64,000 bases of DNA from Candidatus Marinacidobacterales bacterium (GTDB lineage Bacteria; Acidobacteriota; Vicinamibacteria; Marinacidobacterales; DATDRI01): the NCBI GenBank assembly GCA_965226495.1, contig OZ245365.1, positions 6,080,001 to 6,144,000 on the forward strand. Reading direction: 5' to 3'. Shown here piece after piece: positions 41,374 to 52,260 of this stretch (its first letter is position 1; each line of letters opens with the position of its first letter). The position numbers and the translations under genes were made by a program. Below the pieces are notes generated by a model. It was not told the DNA's origin and made no database searches. It was given only the letters and a program-made list of their open reading frames with translations.

Positions 41374-41489
41374 ACCTTCATTATACAACGGCATATCGGA
41401 ACGGGAGCCATCAGCCCGCGCGCAGTCGCCTGCCTACGTAGCGCGAGGCGTGGGAGTGCGGCCCCGCGCCACTGAGTTAAGATAGCGCC

Positions 41490-42806
41490 ATGAATCGAGT
41501 CGGGGTCATCCTTATTAGTACCGTGATGGTTTCGTGCTCCCCGGGTGAGGAGCAAGCAACGGACCCATCCCCTACAATGGAAGCCATGAATCAGGTTGCG
41601 GAAGACTATGTGAAGCTGGCGCTGGCGATGGGGCCCCACGACGCGGATTACGTGGATGCTTACTATGGACCGGAGGAACTAAAGACGGCCGGCGAGGGCG
41701 AGTACCCCGATTTGGATTCTATTCGCAGCAAGGCAGAGAGTGTGCTCGAAGAGCTCCAGACGACAGGCGTTTCTGGTGAAGGGGAGATGATCGAGCTCCG
41801 GCATCGATTCTTGACGCTTCAGCTGCAGTCTCTCATTGCCCGCGCCCGGATGCTGGGGGGCGAACGGCTGACCTTCGACGAAGAATCGGAGGCGCTCTAC
41901 GATGCTACTGCTCCGACCTATCCGGAGTCCCACTTCCAGGCCACTCTCGATCGGTTGGAAGAAATTCTTCCCGGGAGCGGATCCCTCGTGCAGCGCTATG
42001 ACGCGTTTCGAAGCCAGTTTCTGATCCCATCCGACAAGCTCGATACCGTCTTCCAAGCTGCCATCGAGGAGTGCCGTGCTCGAACCGCGCCTTACATCGA
42101 GCTTCCCGAAGGTGAAAACTTCCGTATCGAGTACGTCAGCGACAAGAGCTGGTCTGGCTACAATTGGTACGAAGGGAATTATCAGAGTCTCATCCAAGTG
42201 AACACCGATCTCCCGATCGCCATCGATCGCGCCGTCGACCTGGCTTGTCACGAGGGCTATCCCGGTCACCACGTCTACAATGTGATGCGAGAAAAGCATC
42301 TGGTGAACGATCGAGGTTGGGTGGAGTTCACCGTTCAACCCCTGTTCTGCCCCATGGGCCTCATTTCGGAAGGCACCGCTAACTATGGGATCGAAGTCGC
42401 CTTTCCCGGCGAGGAGCGGATCGCTTACGAGAAAAAGACGCTCTTTCCACTCGCCGGCCTCGATCCGGGAGAAGCCGAGCTTTTCTATGAAGTCCAGACC
42501 CTCATGGGAGATCTCTCCTATGCTGGAAACGAAGCGGCCCGCCGTTACTTGAACGGTGAAATCGACGCCGGCGAAGCCGCTGAGTGGTTGGTCCGCTATG
42601 CCCTATCGACTCTCCCGCGCGCCGAACAGAGAATTCGCTTCATCGACCAGTACCGGAGCTACGTGATCAACTACAACTTGGGAAAGGACATGGTGGCCGA
42701 TTACATCGAGGGGCGGGGCGGCACGGAAGACAATCCAGAGAAACGGTGGCAAGAGTTCGGGGTGCTGCTCTCCTCGCCGCGAGTGCCCTCGGGGCTGAAG
42801 AAATAG
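41490..42806 (+). CDS. DUF885-like lipoprotein (HExxPGHH)
   Basis: VSC lipobox; YVDAYYGP, WSGYNWY, ACHEGYPGHH, YRSYVINY. Confidence 0.8.
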   Translation: MNRVGVILISTVMVSCSPGEEQATDPSPTMEAMNQVAEDYVKLALAMGPHDADYVDAYYGPEELKTAGEGEYPDLDSIRSKAESVLEELQTTGVSGEGEMIELRHRFLTLQLQSLIARARMLGGERLTFDEESEALYDATAPTYPESHFQATLDRLEEILPGSGSLVQRYDAFRSQFLIPSDKLDTVFQAAIEECRARTAPYIELPEGENFRIEYVSDKSWSGYNWYEGNYQSLIQVNTDLPIAIDRAVDLACHEGYPGHHVYNVMREKHLVNDRGWVEFTVQPLFCPMGLISEGTANYGIEVAFPGEERIAYEKKTLFPLAGLDPGEAELFYEVQTLMGDLSYAGNEAARRYLNGEIDAGEAAEWLVRYALSTLPRAEQRIRFIDQYRSYVINYNLGKDMVADYIEGRGGTEDNPEKRWQEFGVLLSSPRVPSGLKK

Positions 42807-42891
42807 CGCCACCCATTCAACCTCAGAGAGCGCATCAACTCGCTGTTCTTGAACAAGTTAGCAAACCCTACTTCTCCGACTCCGGCCAGGG

Positions 42892-42920
42892 TTGCGTCGG
42901 GCGCTTGGCTGGATTAGAAT
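42892..42920 (+). promoter_or_regulatory. Candidate sigma70 promoter
   Basis: TTGCGT-N17-TAGAAT upstream of the 43036 gene. Confidence 0.55.
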
Positions 42921-43035
42921 ACGTTTTCTGGCTCTCGGCAGACCCTCGTGGAGTTCTATCGAGCTGGCCCAAATAGGGGCTCGGCTGTTGCTCCTCGGGC
43001 CATCCTAGCCCGTTCAGATTAAGGGAGGTCAAACT

Positions 43036-43317
43036 TTGTCAAACCGTAGTCGACAAACGTTCCTGAAGCGCCAAAAAGAACTTCAGCGGCAGGATCGACA
43101 GCGGGCAAAGGGCGAAAAGCGTGCCCAGCGTAGATCCGAGGATAAGGACAAGCCGTTGCTAGCGGGCTTCGAAGATCCTGACATCGCTGGAATCGTTCCT
43201 GGACCGCAGCCATTGCCGTGGGATATCGAAGAAGAAGAAGCGGTCGAGGAAGCGACGGAGGAAGCGACGGAGGAAGCCAAAGAGGAAGCCAAAGAGGAAA
43301 CCGCTTCACCGAAATAA
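43036..43317 (+). CDS. Small charged hypothetical protein
   Basis: AAGGGAGG RBS, TTG start; basic N-half, EDPDIAGIVPGPQP, acidic EEAx tail. Confidence 0.75.
   Translation: MSNRSRQTFLKRQKELQRQDRQRAKGEKRAQRRSEDKDKPLLAGFEDPDIAGIVPGPQPLPWDIEEEEAVEEATEEATEEAKEEAKEETASPK
43234..43305. repeat. Coding tandem repeat, about 6 x 12 bp (EEAT/EEAK)
   Basis: gaggaagcgacg x2 and gaggaagccaaa x2 plus degenerate flanking units. Confidence 0.85.
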
Positions 43318-43469
43318 CCTCTTCGCTCTCATATACTCGCCTTAGGCGACCCACCTCCGTTGGGATCGCTCTCTCTGTGACTTCCTCAAAGAGAGAATTT
43401 GCCTGCCCCCATCTATTTGACTAGCTCCTGTTCGTATTAGAATAAGTCGCCCTTTTCAAGGAGGTCGCG

Positions 43470-44267
43470 ATGGCGATTGGGCGGACCGAGCTAGTTCGAC
43501 TGTTAGAGGAAGCCCTCTTCCTAATGCCGACCGATCGCGGCGACATCAGGGAGCTTGGCATTCCCGATGTGCGCGGCCGCATGACCCCCATCTCGCATCC
43601 CATAGCGAATCTCGTGGGGAGCGTCCCTCGAGCCGAAGGGTTATCCGATGCCACGATCCAGGAAGTCGTGGGGCGCTTCCGATCTCAAAACAAAGCCTTT
43701 GGTTGGGTTACGGGCCCGCTGTCGCCCGAAGGGCTGGAGCGCCAGCTTATCGCAAATCGCCTGGTCAAGATCGATGCGTTCAGCGGTATGGTCCTATCCG
43801 ATCTCGCCAGGCCGATCGTAACCCGCCCCGGAGTGCGAGTGGTCGAAGTGCCTGTCGAGGAACGTGACAGGTTTCAATCACTCTTGTCGATGTCATTTCA
43901 GCTTCCCCCCGATGTCGCAGCGTTTATGTCCGATGTCTTGTACTTCAATCCTTCTCATCTCAAAGTGCGGAACTACTTCGCCTTCCTTGTGGGCGTCGAC
44001 GAGCCGGTTGGGCTGGGCAGTATGATGTACATGCCCGAATCGTCAGTCGTTTTGTTGGCAGGCTCGGCAACGCTCACCGAATATCGCCACCGGGGGGTCT
44101 ATCGTGGGTTGGTGGCGCGGCGGGTGGACGATGCCAGGAAAGACGGCGCCGCGGCGGCCATCATCCAGGCGGCGCGAACCACTTCGGCGCCGATCTGCCA
44201 GAAGATGGGTTTCGCCGAGGTCTGCCAGCAGGCGCTCTATATGTGGGAGCCTGACGTGCCCGCTTAA
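43470..44267 (+). CDS. GNAT-fold acetyltransferase-like protein
   Basis: ATLTEYRHRGVY, SAPICQKMGF. Confidence 0.8.
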   Translation: MAIGRTELVRLLEEALFLMPTDRGDIRELGIPDVRGRMTPISHPIANLVGSVPRAEGLSDATIQEVVGRFRSQNKAFGWVTGPLSPEGLERQLIANRLVKIDAFSGMVLSDLARPIVTRPGVRVVEVPVEERDRFQSLLSMSFQLPPDVAAFMSDVLYFNPSHLKVRNYFAFLVGVDEPVGLGSMMYMPESSVVLLAGSATLTEYRHRGVYRGLVARRVDDARKDGAAAAIIQAARTTSAPICQKMGFAEVCQQALYMWEPDVPA

Positions 44268-44289
44268 ATTAGTCTCTCCATCCCGTAAT

Positions 44290-44322
44290 CCCTCTCCCTT
44301 TGGGAGAGGGCCTGGGTGAGGG
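44290..44322. repeat. REP-like palindrome between convergent genes
   Basis: ccctctccctttgggagagggcctgggtgaggg. Confidence 0.85.
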
Positions 44323-44328
44323 TATCCT

Positions 44329-46821
44329 TCACTCGTAGCGCAGCGCAGTAACCGGTTCTACTTTGCTAGCTCGGCGTGCGGGAAGGTACGACGCCGCGAG
44401 CGCCACGACCATGAGCAGTAAAGAGATGCCCACGTAGATCAGCGGATCGCTGGGGCTTACTCCGTAAAGGAGCGTCGAGATGAAACGCGTCATCGTGAAT
44501 GCGAGCACCAAGCCGATCGCGAGACCGGCTAGCGTCAGCGTCATGCCTTGACCAACGACGAGTCGCACAACATCCCTGCGCTGGGCGCCGAGAGCGAGTC
44601 GAACGCCTATCTCCCGTGTCCTTTGTGTGACCGTGTAAGCGAGCACGCCGAATATCCCGATCGAGGCCAGGGCCACCGCCAGCGCGGCGAATATCCCGAA
44701 CATCAACATGTTGAATCGCCACGGCGCGAACTCGGTCGCTACGATATCCTCCATGGTCGTGACTTTGCCCACCGGAAGAAGGTCATCCATGGCTTTGATC
44801 TGCGCCCTCACCGCTCCCGCAAGAGTCAGGGGATCGGAGCTGGTTCGCACCACCAGATGCCCGACCGCCAAAGGAGATTGAAGGTAGGGTAAATACAGAT
44901 CCAATCGCGGTGCCTCGAGCTCCCGGAACCTGGCGTCTTCTACGACGCCGACCACCGTCCTCCAAATAATATTGCCCTCGTCATCCCAGTCGGTGGGGTA
45001 CGTGATAAGTCTCTTTCCGATCGCGCTCTCGTCGGGCCACATGCGTTTGGCAACCGTCTCGCCGACGATCACAACCGGAGGAGCTGGGGCAGCGTCCCGC
45101 TCAGTAAAGGTCCGACCCTCTAGAAGCCGCGTTCCCATGGTCCGGAAATAGTCAGGCGTCACCGCCTCGTAGTTCACCATGGGATTCTCGTCGTAGGCCG
45201 CGTCTTCGGGAACCGTATAGACCCGAGTCTTGCCCTCTTCCTCGACGGTGACTTTGTTCCACGCCTTGGGCTGACCTTCTACGACGTACCAGAGGTCCCA
45301 CCCGATGGGGCCAAATGCGAACGGGCGGTTCAGCACTGCCCCCGCGGTGTCGACCCCGGGAAGGGCGCGGACCCGCTCCAAGATGTCATGGACCAGCCGC
45401 CGCTTCTCCTCGATGGTCGGATACTTTTGGTCGCGATGTCCCACGATCATAGTGAGGACACTCTCCGGTCGATAGCCGAGGTTCTGTCGTCTAAGGTTCA
45501 GGAAACTTTCCAGCATGAGTGTGGCGCCGACGAGCAAGACCAACGCCATCGCGATTTCGAGAACGACAAGGAGGTTGCGTAGAAAGCGGCCGCGACGATC
45601 CTCTACCGCGCTCCTCGCACCTTCCCTCAAGGAATCAGAGGCGCTGGATCTCGACATCTCCCAAGCTGGAAGGAGGCCGACCAAGACGGCGGTCAGGAAC
45701 CCAAGTCCGAGCGTAACCGCCAACGCGATCCCGTCGACCGCCACGGCGTCGATTCGCGGCACGTCGCCGGGAGTCAGCTTCAGCAGGATAGCCAGGCTCC
45801 ACGATGCGAGAATTGCGCCGGCTAGGCAAGCCGCCAAGCCCAGTAGCGAGCTCTCGGTCAAGAGCTGTCGAATGATCCGCAACCGACCGGCGCCCATAGC
45901 CAAGCGAACGGCCATCTCCTTTCGACGGGAAACGGCTCGAACCAAGAAGAGGCTAGCCACATTGGAACAAGCCGTGAGGAGAACGAGTCCCACTGCCCCC
46001 CAAAGTGCCAACAGGGCGGGACGCGTGTCGCTCCCAAGGAAGTGATCCCTTAGTGGCGTGATGGCTGCTCCTCTGGCCTCCGGAGCCGTCTTGTATTCCA
46101 CTGCCAACCGGCTCGCGATGCTGGCAATTTCGCTCCTTGCTTGCTCGAGGGCCACGCCCGTCTTCATGCGGCCGATGACATACAAAACACCGAGGTCGCG
46201 TTTTTCGGCAAGCTCGGGTCCCGCCAAACCCCAAATCTCGACTCCCTTCGGATACTGGAAACCGGGGGGCATGATTCCCACGACGGTATGCGGGTCTCCG
46301 GAGAGATTGACGGGCTTGCCGATGATATCGATCTCGCCTTCCAAATGGCGTTGCCAGAAGCCGTGGCTCACCACGATGACCGGAGATGCGCCGCGGACAT
46401 CTTCCTCGGGCCTAAACGTCCGGCCGAGGTGTGGAGCAACACCGAGCGTCTCGAAGAAAGAACTCGAGACGCCGCGGTAGGCTACGGCGATGGGATCGGT
46501 GTCCGCCTGCAGAACCCTCGGCCAATTGCTGGAGCCCAAAGCGGCCATGCCCTCGAAGAGTTGGCTCTGCTCGCGCCAATCGCGGAAGTTTGGATAGGAA
46601 ACTTCGATGAGCGGGTTATCTGGTTCCTCTTCCCAGAGAATGACAAGCCGTTCTTGATTGTGGAAGGGAAGCGGACTGAGGAGCACGGTGTTGACGACGC
46701 TGAATATCGCGGTGTTCGCGCCAATGCCCAGGGCGAGTATCAAGACGGCAAGCGCCGTGAAGCCCGGAGTCTTGAGCAGACTCCGGACTCCGTAGCGGAC
46801 GTCTTGCCAGAGGGTTTCCAT
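44329..46821 (-). CDS. ADOP-type (duplicated MacB/FtsX-like) ABC permease
   Basis: [49 protein letters not shown]. Confidence 0.92.
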   Translation of the reverse strand: METLWQDVRYGVRSLLKTPGFTALAVLILALGIGANTAIFSVVNTVLLSPLPFHNQERLVILWEEEPDNPLIEVSYPNFRDWREQSQLFEGMAALGSSNWPRVLQADTDPIAVAYRGVSSSFFETLGVAPHLGRTFRPEEDVRGASPVIVVSHGFWQRHLEGEIDIIGKPVNLSGDPHTVVGIMPPGFQYPKGVEIWGLAGPELAEKRDLGVLYVIGRMKTGVALEQARSEIASIASRLAVEYKTAPEARGAAITPLRDHFLGSDTRPALLALWGAVGLVLLTACSNVASLFLVRAVSRRKEMAVRLAMGAGRLRIIRQLLTESSLLGLAACLAGAILASWSLAILLKLTPGDVPRIDAVAVDGIALAVTLGLGFLTAVLVGLLPAWEMSRSSASDSLREGARSAVEDRRGRFLRNLLVVLEIAMALVLLVGATLMLESFLNLRRQNLGYRPESVLTMIVGHRDQKYPTIEEKRRLVHDILERVRALPGVDTAGAVLNRPFAFGPIGWDLWYVVEGQPKAWNKVTVEEEGKTRVYTVPEDAAYDENPMVNYEAVTPDYFRTMGTRLLEGRTFTERDAAPAPPVVIVGETVAKRMWPDESAIGKRLITYPTDWDDEGNIIWRTVVGVVEDARFRELEAPRLDLYLPYLQSPLAVGHLVVRTSSDPLTLAGAVRAQIKAMDDLLPVGKVTTMEDIVATEFAPWRFNMLMFGIFAALAVALASIGIFGVLAYTVTQRTREIGVRLALGAQRRDVVRLVVGQGMTLTLAGLAIGLVLAFTMTRFISTLLYGVSPSDPLIYVGISLLLMVVALAASYLPARRASKVEPVTALRYE

Positions 46822-47264
46822 CACCAGAACCGTTTGTGGATCTCCATGCCTTCGTCTTCGAGAACCGGTCCGCTCACATCGATCTTGGGGAGCATACGAC
46901 CATATGTGTCGCGACTCGAGATGTACCATCCCGCGCCACCCAAATTGGCCACCGACGATCCCCGAACGCCGTAAACGATCCTGGGGATCCCTGCCCAATA
47001 GATCGATCCCTGGCACATGATGCAGGGCTCGGTGCTTGCATAAAGGGTGGACTGAGCCAGGGTTTCGGGGTCGAAGCGCTTGCTCGCCACCCGCACCAAG
47101 TTGAGCTCGGCATGCCCGGTGATGTCCTTCTCGGTGACGACGTTATTCTCGGCCTCGAGAAGGACCTCTCTATCCTTTAATAACAGGGCGCCAAACGGGT
47201 GGTTCCCGTGCTCGATCGCCGTTTCGGCGAGGGCGTAACATCTTCTAATAAGGACGTCGTGCAT
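46821..47264 (-). CDS. Nucleoside/guanine deaminase (CDA fold)
   Basis: GNHPFGA, HAE, EPCIMC; GAGGAG RBS before the ATG. Confidence 0.9.
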   Translation of the reverse strand: MHDVLIRRCYALAETAIEHGNHPFGALLLKDREVLLEAENNVVTEKDITGHAELNLVRVASKRFDPETLAQSTLYASTEPCIMCQGSIYWAGIPRIVYGVRGSSVANLGGAGWYISSRDTYGRMLPKIDVSGPVLEDEGMEIHKRFW

Positions 47265-47468
47265 GCTCTCCTCGATTGTGGGTGAAGGGGAATGGCTGGA
47301 GGCGTGGGTACATGCGGCGATCGCCGTTTCGGCGAACATGAGGATACCCACCAATGGAAGCCCAAAGCGACACCTCCACGGAGAATAGGAACTTAGGCCA
47401 AGCGACCTGCGTATAGTACCGCGAGGGAGGGTGACGGTGATATTCTCCCGTGTTTTTCCCGCGACCGA

Positions 47469-49358
47469 CTAGGTTCGGCCCTTTTGTCGGATCGGTAGTC
47501 GTATGTGGAAGGTTGTTCCCTCGCCGATTTGGCTCGCCACCTTGATGTCGCCACCGTGCTTCTTGATGATGTTGTAGGTGTTGGACAATCCTACACGCAT
47601 CCTCATCCGAGAATCTTTCTGGCTGAATGTGATCTCGAAGGGGTTGGCAAGCTTCTCAGGAGGAATACCTCTCCCGGTGTCGGAGATCTCGATGGTGACG
47701 TGGTCATCACCGGCCGAGGCCTTGATGGTGATCGAGCCCGCGCCGTCGAGTGCGTCGGAAGCGTTGACGAGCAGTGTCATGAAGCACTGGTTGAGCTCAC
47801 CAGCATAGCACTCGATCTTGGGAAGTTCTCCCAGCTCTCTCTTGATGTCCACTCCGGGCGCCAGCTGGTGCCTTAGTAGCATCAGTGTGCTTTCAATCTC
47901 TTCCGTGACATCCGCCATTTGAAGCTCGGCCTCATCGAGGTGGGAGAACTGTCTTAGGCTCGTAACGAGGTTCGAGATTCTTTCGCTTGCCACGATTGTG
48001 GTCCGGAATGAGGCATGGAGGATGTCGAGTGCCTGCGTCCACGCGCCGTTGTTTCTTAGGCGGTCTGTCAGTCCTTCTTTCCAGAGCTCTTGTTGCATAA
48101 GGCCCAGCGCTTGCCCAGAAAGGTTGGCATTGTTTTTGATGACTCCAATCGGCGTGTTGACCTCGTGGGCAATCCCGGCGACCAGGCTACCGAGCGCAGC
48201 CATCTTCTCCGACTGAACGAGCTGCGCCTGCATTTCGGCGAGTTCTACGTAGCGCAGTCGTTGGATCTCGGCTTCTTTCTCAGCGGTCTCCACCTTCACG
48301 CGAATCTGAAGGTTCTTGACCTTGGTCGTGCTCTCGTCATTGAAGATCTCTTCCTTGAGCTCATGAAACCGTTTGTGATGCTCGAGGGCTTTGTCGAGCT
48401 CCCCGGTCGCTTCGTAAAGCGATGCGAGGGCGCCGTGAATCTTCAACTCTGTGGGCTTGGCCTGGGTTTCCTTGATTTCGCGAAGTGACTTCCGAAGTGC
48501 TTCGCAAGCTTTGGTGTAGTCGCCCATTTCCAAGTAGACGTTGCCGAGTGTCAGGAGGGTAATCGCGTTGACCTCTCGATTGGCGATGTTCTTGCCCGAG
48601 TCCAGGCTGCGCAGGCAATAATCCAAGGCCTTGTCGGTATCACCCATCTTCAGGTAGGCCTGACCGACGTTCGCGAGGCCGGCCGTTGCACCGATGTGGA
48701 TCCCTTGTTCTTGCGATTTGCTGACCGCTTGCTGATGGTGCTCCAGAGCTTTATCGTACTCTCCGATTTTTTCGTAGAGAATCCCCAACATGGCTAATGC
48801 TCGACCCTCGCCAACCGGATAGGGAATCTCCCGAAACAAATCTAGCGCCCGGTGATGGTTCTCGAGGGCGAGTTGATGATCCCCGGTCTCGGTATAGATG
48901 AATCCGATGTTGTGCAGCGCCCAAGCCTCGCCCAGATTCGAGCCAATCTCCTTGCTAATAGCCAAGCAAGAGAGTGCTGCTTTCAAGGCTTCATCGTAGC
49001 TGCCGAGCCGAGAGTAGATTAGCGAGAGCGTGTTGACGGCCGACGCCTTCCCGAGCTTCTCGTTGATCTCGTCGAGCTCCCTGATAGCGGTTCGGGAGTA
49101 TTCCGCGGCTTGTTCGAGATTCGAGAATACGAGCTGGCAATAACCGATCGTCCGGTGACCAAGGCCGACGCCTTGCTTGTAATCGACCTGCTCTGATAGA
49201 CGGGATGCTTCCCGGGCAAGTTCCAAGGCCCGTTTGGTCTGCGTAAGGCCGATCTCCCAGGCGAGATTATTGAGAGCATCGATCCGTTCGGTCGATTGCG
49301 GATCGCCCGCAGAAAGCTCCTTCAACCGCGCCTCCAATTTTTCGACGGCCTCGTTCAT
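47469..49358 (-). CDS. TPR-repeat sensor histidine kinase
   Basis: TPR array; QSEKMAALG..AHEVNTP; DTGRGI; GEGTTF. Confidence 0.9.
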   Translation of the reverse strand: MNEAVEKLEARLKELSAGDPQSTERIDALNNLAWEIGLTQTKRALELAREASRLSEQVDYKQGVGLGHRTIGYCQLVFSNLEQAAEYSRTAIRELDEINEKLGKASAVNTLSLIYSRLGSYDEALKAALSCLAISKEIGSNLGEAWALHNIGFIYTETGDHQLALENHHRALDLFREIPYPVGEGRALAMLGILYEKIGEYDKALEHHQQAVSKSQEQGIHIGATAGLANVGQAYLKMGDTDKALDYCLRSLDSGKNIANREVNAITLLTLGNVYLEMGDYTKACEALRKSLREIKETQAKPTELKIHGALASLYEATGELDKALEHHKRFHELKEEIFNDESTTKVKNLQIRVKVETAEKEAEIQRLRYVELAEMQAQLVQSEKMAALGSLVAGIAHEVNTPIGVIKNNANLSGQALGLMQQELWKEGLTDRLRNNGAWTQALDILHASFRTTIVASERISNLVTSLRQFSHLDEAELQMADVTEEIESTLMLLRHQLAPGVDIKRELGELPKIECYAGELNQCFMTLLVNASDALDGAGSITIKASAGDDHVTIEISDTGRGIPPEKLANPFEITFSQKDSRMRMRVGLSNTYNIIKKHGGDIKVASQIGEGTTFHIRLPIRQKGRT

Positions 49359-50095
49359 GGGGACTTGCCCATCACGTAGAACACGTAGCCGTAGGTGCCG
49401 GAGTAGCGGCGATAGAGGTCGATCTCCTTTTGCTCGCCGTCGAGCACCTCGAGGATAGCCGGTTCCTGAGAATGCTTTTCTCTGAGCTCAGAGATCCGTT
49501 TCTCCATGGGCCCGTAGTAGCCGTCCCACCACGCGGACTCGGGCAGGGTGAAGGTGTCGAGAAGGGAGTAACCGGATTCCCGAATCATCTCCCTGTTCCC
49601 GGGTACGGTCTGCATCGCGGGATAGGCTTCCCCAAAAAAAACCTTCACGTCTTCCGGTGGCGAGTCGACGAGCCAGCTGAGCTCGGTCACCGCCAAAAAC
49701 CCCTTGGGTCCCAGAAACCGCCTCCAAGAGGTGAGCCCATCTTGGAACCCAATGATATAGATAGACCCTTCCGCCCAAACAAGATCGAAGGAAGCATCCT
49801 CGAACCGCATGTCCTCCATGGGACAGCATTTGGCAAGGATCCGCTGGTCGACTCCTTGTTTTTGGGCGCGGATTTGAAGCTCGTCGAGGTAGGGTTGGTG
49901 GTTGTCGACCGCGGTGATCGCTCCGTCAGTCTCCCGTGCCAGGATGAGGGTTTGTCGTCCTGGGCCACATCCAACGTCGAGGATCTTCGGTCGCGCCGGC
50001 AGGCTAGGAACCAGAGAAAGCGCCCTCATCGTCGAGGCTTCAGAGCCTGGTGCCTCTTGGGGGAGCCCTTTGTGAATTTCGAAAAAGACGTCCAT
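49355..50095 (-). CDS. Class I SAM-dependent methyltransferase
   Basis: ILDVGCGPG, FDLVWAEGSIY, YGYVFYV. Confidence 0.9.
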   Translation of the reverse strand: MDVFFEIHKGLPQEAPGSEASTMRALSLVPSLPARPKILDVGCGPGRQTLILARETDGAITAVDNHQPYLDELQIRAQKQGVDQRILAKCCPMEDMRFEDASFDLVWAEGSIYIIGFQDGLTSWRRFLGPKGFLAVTELSWLVDSPPEDVKVFFGEAYPAMQTVPGNREMIRESGYSLLDTFTLPESAWWDGYYGPMEKRISELREKHSQEPAILEVLDGEQKEIDLYRRYSGTYGYVFYVMGKSP

Positions 50096-50149
50096 CTCGC
50101 GTTCTACCTTGCCGCTATAATACCGCAGCCAAAATAAGGAGCACTTGCC

Positions 50150-52237
50150 ATGACAAGACTACGGCACGGTCTAGCTTTCGGTATCGCAATCCTTGCGGCG
50201 GCCTGCTTGTCCACATTGGGGCTGGCCTCCGAGGAGACGGAACGATGGGATGATCGTTTCAATCCGCTCGATGTCTTCCAGCTGGAGTGGGCCTCCGATC
50301 CACAGATCTCGCCGGATGGAGAGCGAGTCGTTTATGTAAGGAACTTCATGGACATCATGAAGGATCAGCGACGATCGAATCTGTGGATGGTCGCCGTCGA
50401 CGGGTCAGAGCATCGGCCGGTCACGACTGGCAACGAGAACGATTCTTCGCCCCGATGGTCTCCCGATGGGAAGCGCTTGGTTTTCGTATCGAACACGGAC
50501 GGGTCGGTTCAGCTCTACATGCGCTGGATGGATAGCGGGCAAACGGCCAAGTTGACGGATCTGACGACCGCGCCGAGTGGGCTCTCTTGGTCTCCGGACG
50601 GGGAAAAGATCGCTTTCTCGATGCAGCTGCCAGCCAGTGCCAAGCCTTACGTGAACCTGGAGGCTGGCCCCGAAGGGGCGGATTGGGCGAGCCCACCCAA
50701 GATGATCGACAAACTCATCTATCGTTTCGACGGCCGAGGCTACTTGAGAGACGGCTATCATCATTTGTTCGTTATTCCGGCCGATGGCGGTACGCCTCGA
50801 CAGGTAACCACTGGAGAGTTCAACCACCGAGGCCCGCCGCGCTGGACACCGGACGGAAAGTCTCTGATTTTCTCAGCCAACCGCCACCCCGATTGGGAGT
50901 ACCAGTCTCGAGACTCGGAGCTCCACGAGGTGTCCTTGTCCGATCGCTCCATTCGCGCGTTGACCGATCGGAAGGGACCCGACCACAGTCCCGCTATATC
51001 TCCAGATGGGAAACGAATCGCCTATCTAGGGTACGACGATCACTATCAGGGCTATCAGGTGACGTACCTCTACGTGATGGATCGAGATGGGAGCGGCAGG
51101 CAACGGATCGCCGCCGAGCTAGATCGCAGTATTTCGAGTCCGGCCTGGAGCGACGACGGCAAAGGTCTCTTTTTCCTCTACAACAACGAGGGCAACGGAA
51201 AGATCGGATTCGTCTCACCCGGTGGGAACGTAGAAACGGTGGCGGAGAACGTCGGTGCGAGCATTGGTCGTCCGTACTCCGGCGGAGGGTTCTCGCTGGC
51301 GTCGGGCGGCAAGTTTGCATTTACCGAGACGAGTCCCCATCAGCCTGCAGACGTCGCCGTGGGCAGCAGAACCGCCTCGGCGCAACGCGTGACGTCTTTG
51401 AACGAGGATCTTCTAGGGCACAAGGAGCTAGGTCGTGTGGAAGAGATCTGGTACGAGTCTTCCTTCGATGGTAGGAAAATTCAGGGTTGGCTCGTCGAGC
51501 CACCGGGGTTCGATCCCGCAAAGAAGTACCCGCTCATTTTGGAGATTCACGGAGGCCCCTTCGCCAACTACGGGGATCGTTTCTCGGCCGAGGTGCAGCT
51601 TTTTGCGGCGGCAGGGTACATCGTGCTCTACACCAATCCTCGCGGTAGTTCGAGCTACGGTGAGGAGTTCGGGAACCTCATCCATCACAGCTATCCAGGA
51701 CAGGACTATGACGATCTGATGTCTGGGATCGACGCGTCGTTGGCTCGTGGCTTCGTCGACGAAGACAACCTCTTCGTCACCGGCGGCAGCGGAGGAGGCG
51801 TGTTAACGGCTTGGATCGTTGGAAAGACCGATCGGTTCCGCGCCGCGGTCTCCGCCAAGCCGGTCATCAACTGGTATAGCTGGGTGCTGAACGCGGATAT
51901 ACCGATCATGTACAAGTATTGGTTTCCTGGACTTCCTTGGGAAGAGACCGAACATTACATGAAGCGCTCGCCCATCTCGTTGGTGGGGAACGTCACAACG
52001 CCGACGATGGTTTTGACCGGCGAGGCCGATCACCGGACTCCGATATCAGAGTCGGAGCAATTCTACATGGCACTCAAGCTGCGCAAGGTCGATACTGCGC
52101 TCGTTCGAGTTCCCGATGCCTCGCACGGTATCGTCAATCGCCCGAGCAATCTGATGGCCAAGGTGGCCTATATCCTCAAATGGTTCGAGTCCCATCGGAG
52201 CACCGGCGCGGCCGAAGCGACAACGTCACCGGACTAA
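50150..52237 (+). CDS. S9 family peptidase (acylaminoacyl/dipeptidyl peptidase)
   Basis: WSPDG propeller repeats; HGGP, GGSGGG, D.RTP, SHG. Confidence 0.93.
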   Translation: MTRLRHGLAFGIAILAAACLSTLGLASEETERWDDRFNPLDVFQLEWASDPQISPDGERVVYVRNFMDIMKDQRRSNLWMVAVDGSEHRPVTTGNENDSSPRWSPDGKRLVFVSNTDGSVQLYMRWMDSGQTAKLTDLTTAPSGLSWSPDGEKIAFSMQLPASAKPYVNLEAGPEGADWASPPKMIDKLIYRFDGRGYLRDGYHHLFVIPADGGTPRQVTTGEFNHRGPPRWTPDGKSLIFSANRHPDWEYQSRDSELHEVSLSDRSIRALTDRKGPDHSPAISPDGKRIAYLGYDDHYQGYQVTYLYVMDRDGSGRQRIAAELDRSISSPAWSDDGKGLFFLYNNEGNGKIGFVSPGGNVETVAENVGASIGRPYSGGGFSLASGGKFAFTETSPHQPADVAVGSRTASAQRVTSLNEDLLGHKELGRVEEIWYESSFDGRKIQGWLVEPPGFDPAKKYPLILEIHGGPFANYGDRFSAEVQLFAAAGYIVLYTNPRGSSSYGEEFGNLIHHSYPGQDYDDLMSGIDASLARGFVDEDNLFVTGGSGGGVLTAWIVGKTDRFRAAVSAKPVINWYSWVLNADIPIMYKYWFPGLPWEETEHYMKRSPISLVGNVTTPTMVLTGEADHRTPISESEQFYMALKLRKVDTALVRVPDASHGIVNRPSNLMAKVAYILKWFESHRSTGAAEATTSPD

Positions 52238-52260
52238 AGAGGGGATTGAGAGGGCCCAGC

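Noticed and set aside
43234-43305. Regular repeats that could be taken for a CRISPR array
   Set aside because: 12-bp units without spacers, in frame within a CDS; no cas genes
44329-47016. Apparent long overlaps from extended ORF starts (also 13559..14731, 19433..20302, 25396..27345, 33708..34493)
   Set aside because: Family-typical N-termini begin at downstream start codons, removing the overlaps
7289-47264. Purine salvage genes (nucleoside hydrolase, add, deaminase) as one pathway cluster
   Set aside because: Dispersed over 40 kb on different strands among unrelated genes
47336-47352. ACATGAGGATACCCA resembles the MS2 coat-protein operator
   Set aside because: The match is incomplete, the closing arm is absent, it is on the non-coding strand and has no phage context; likely chance
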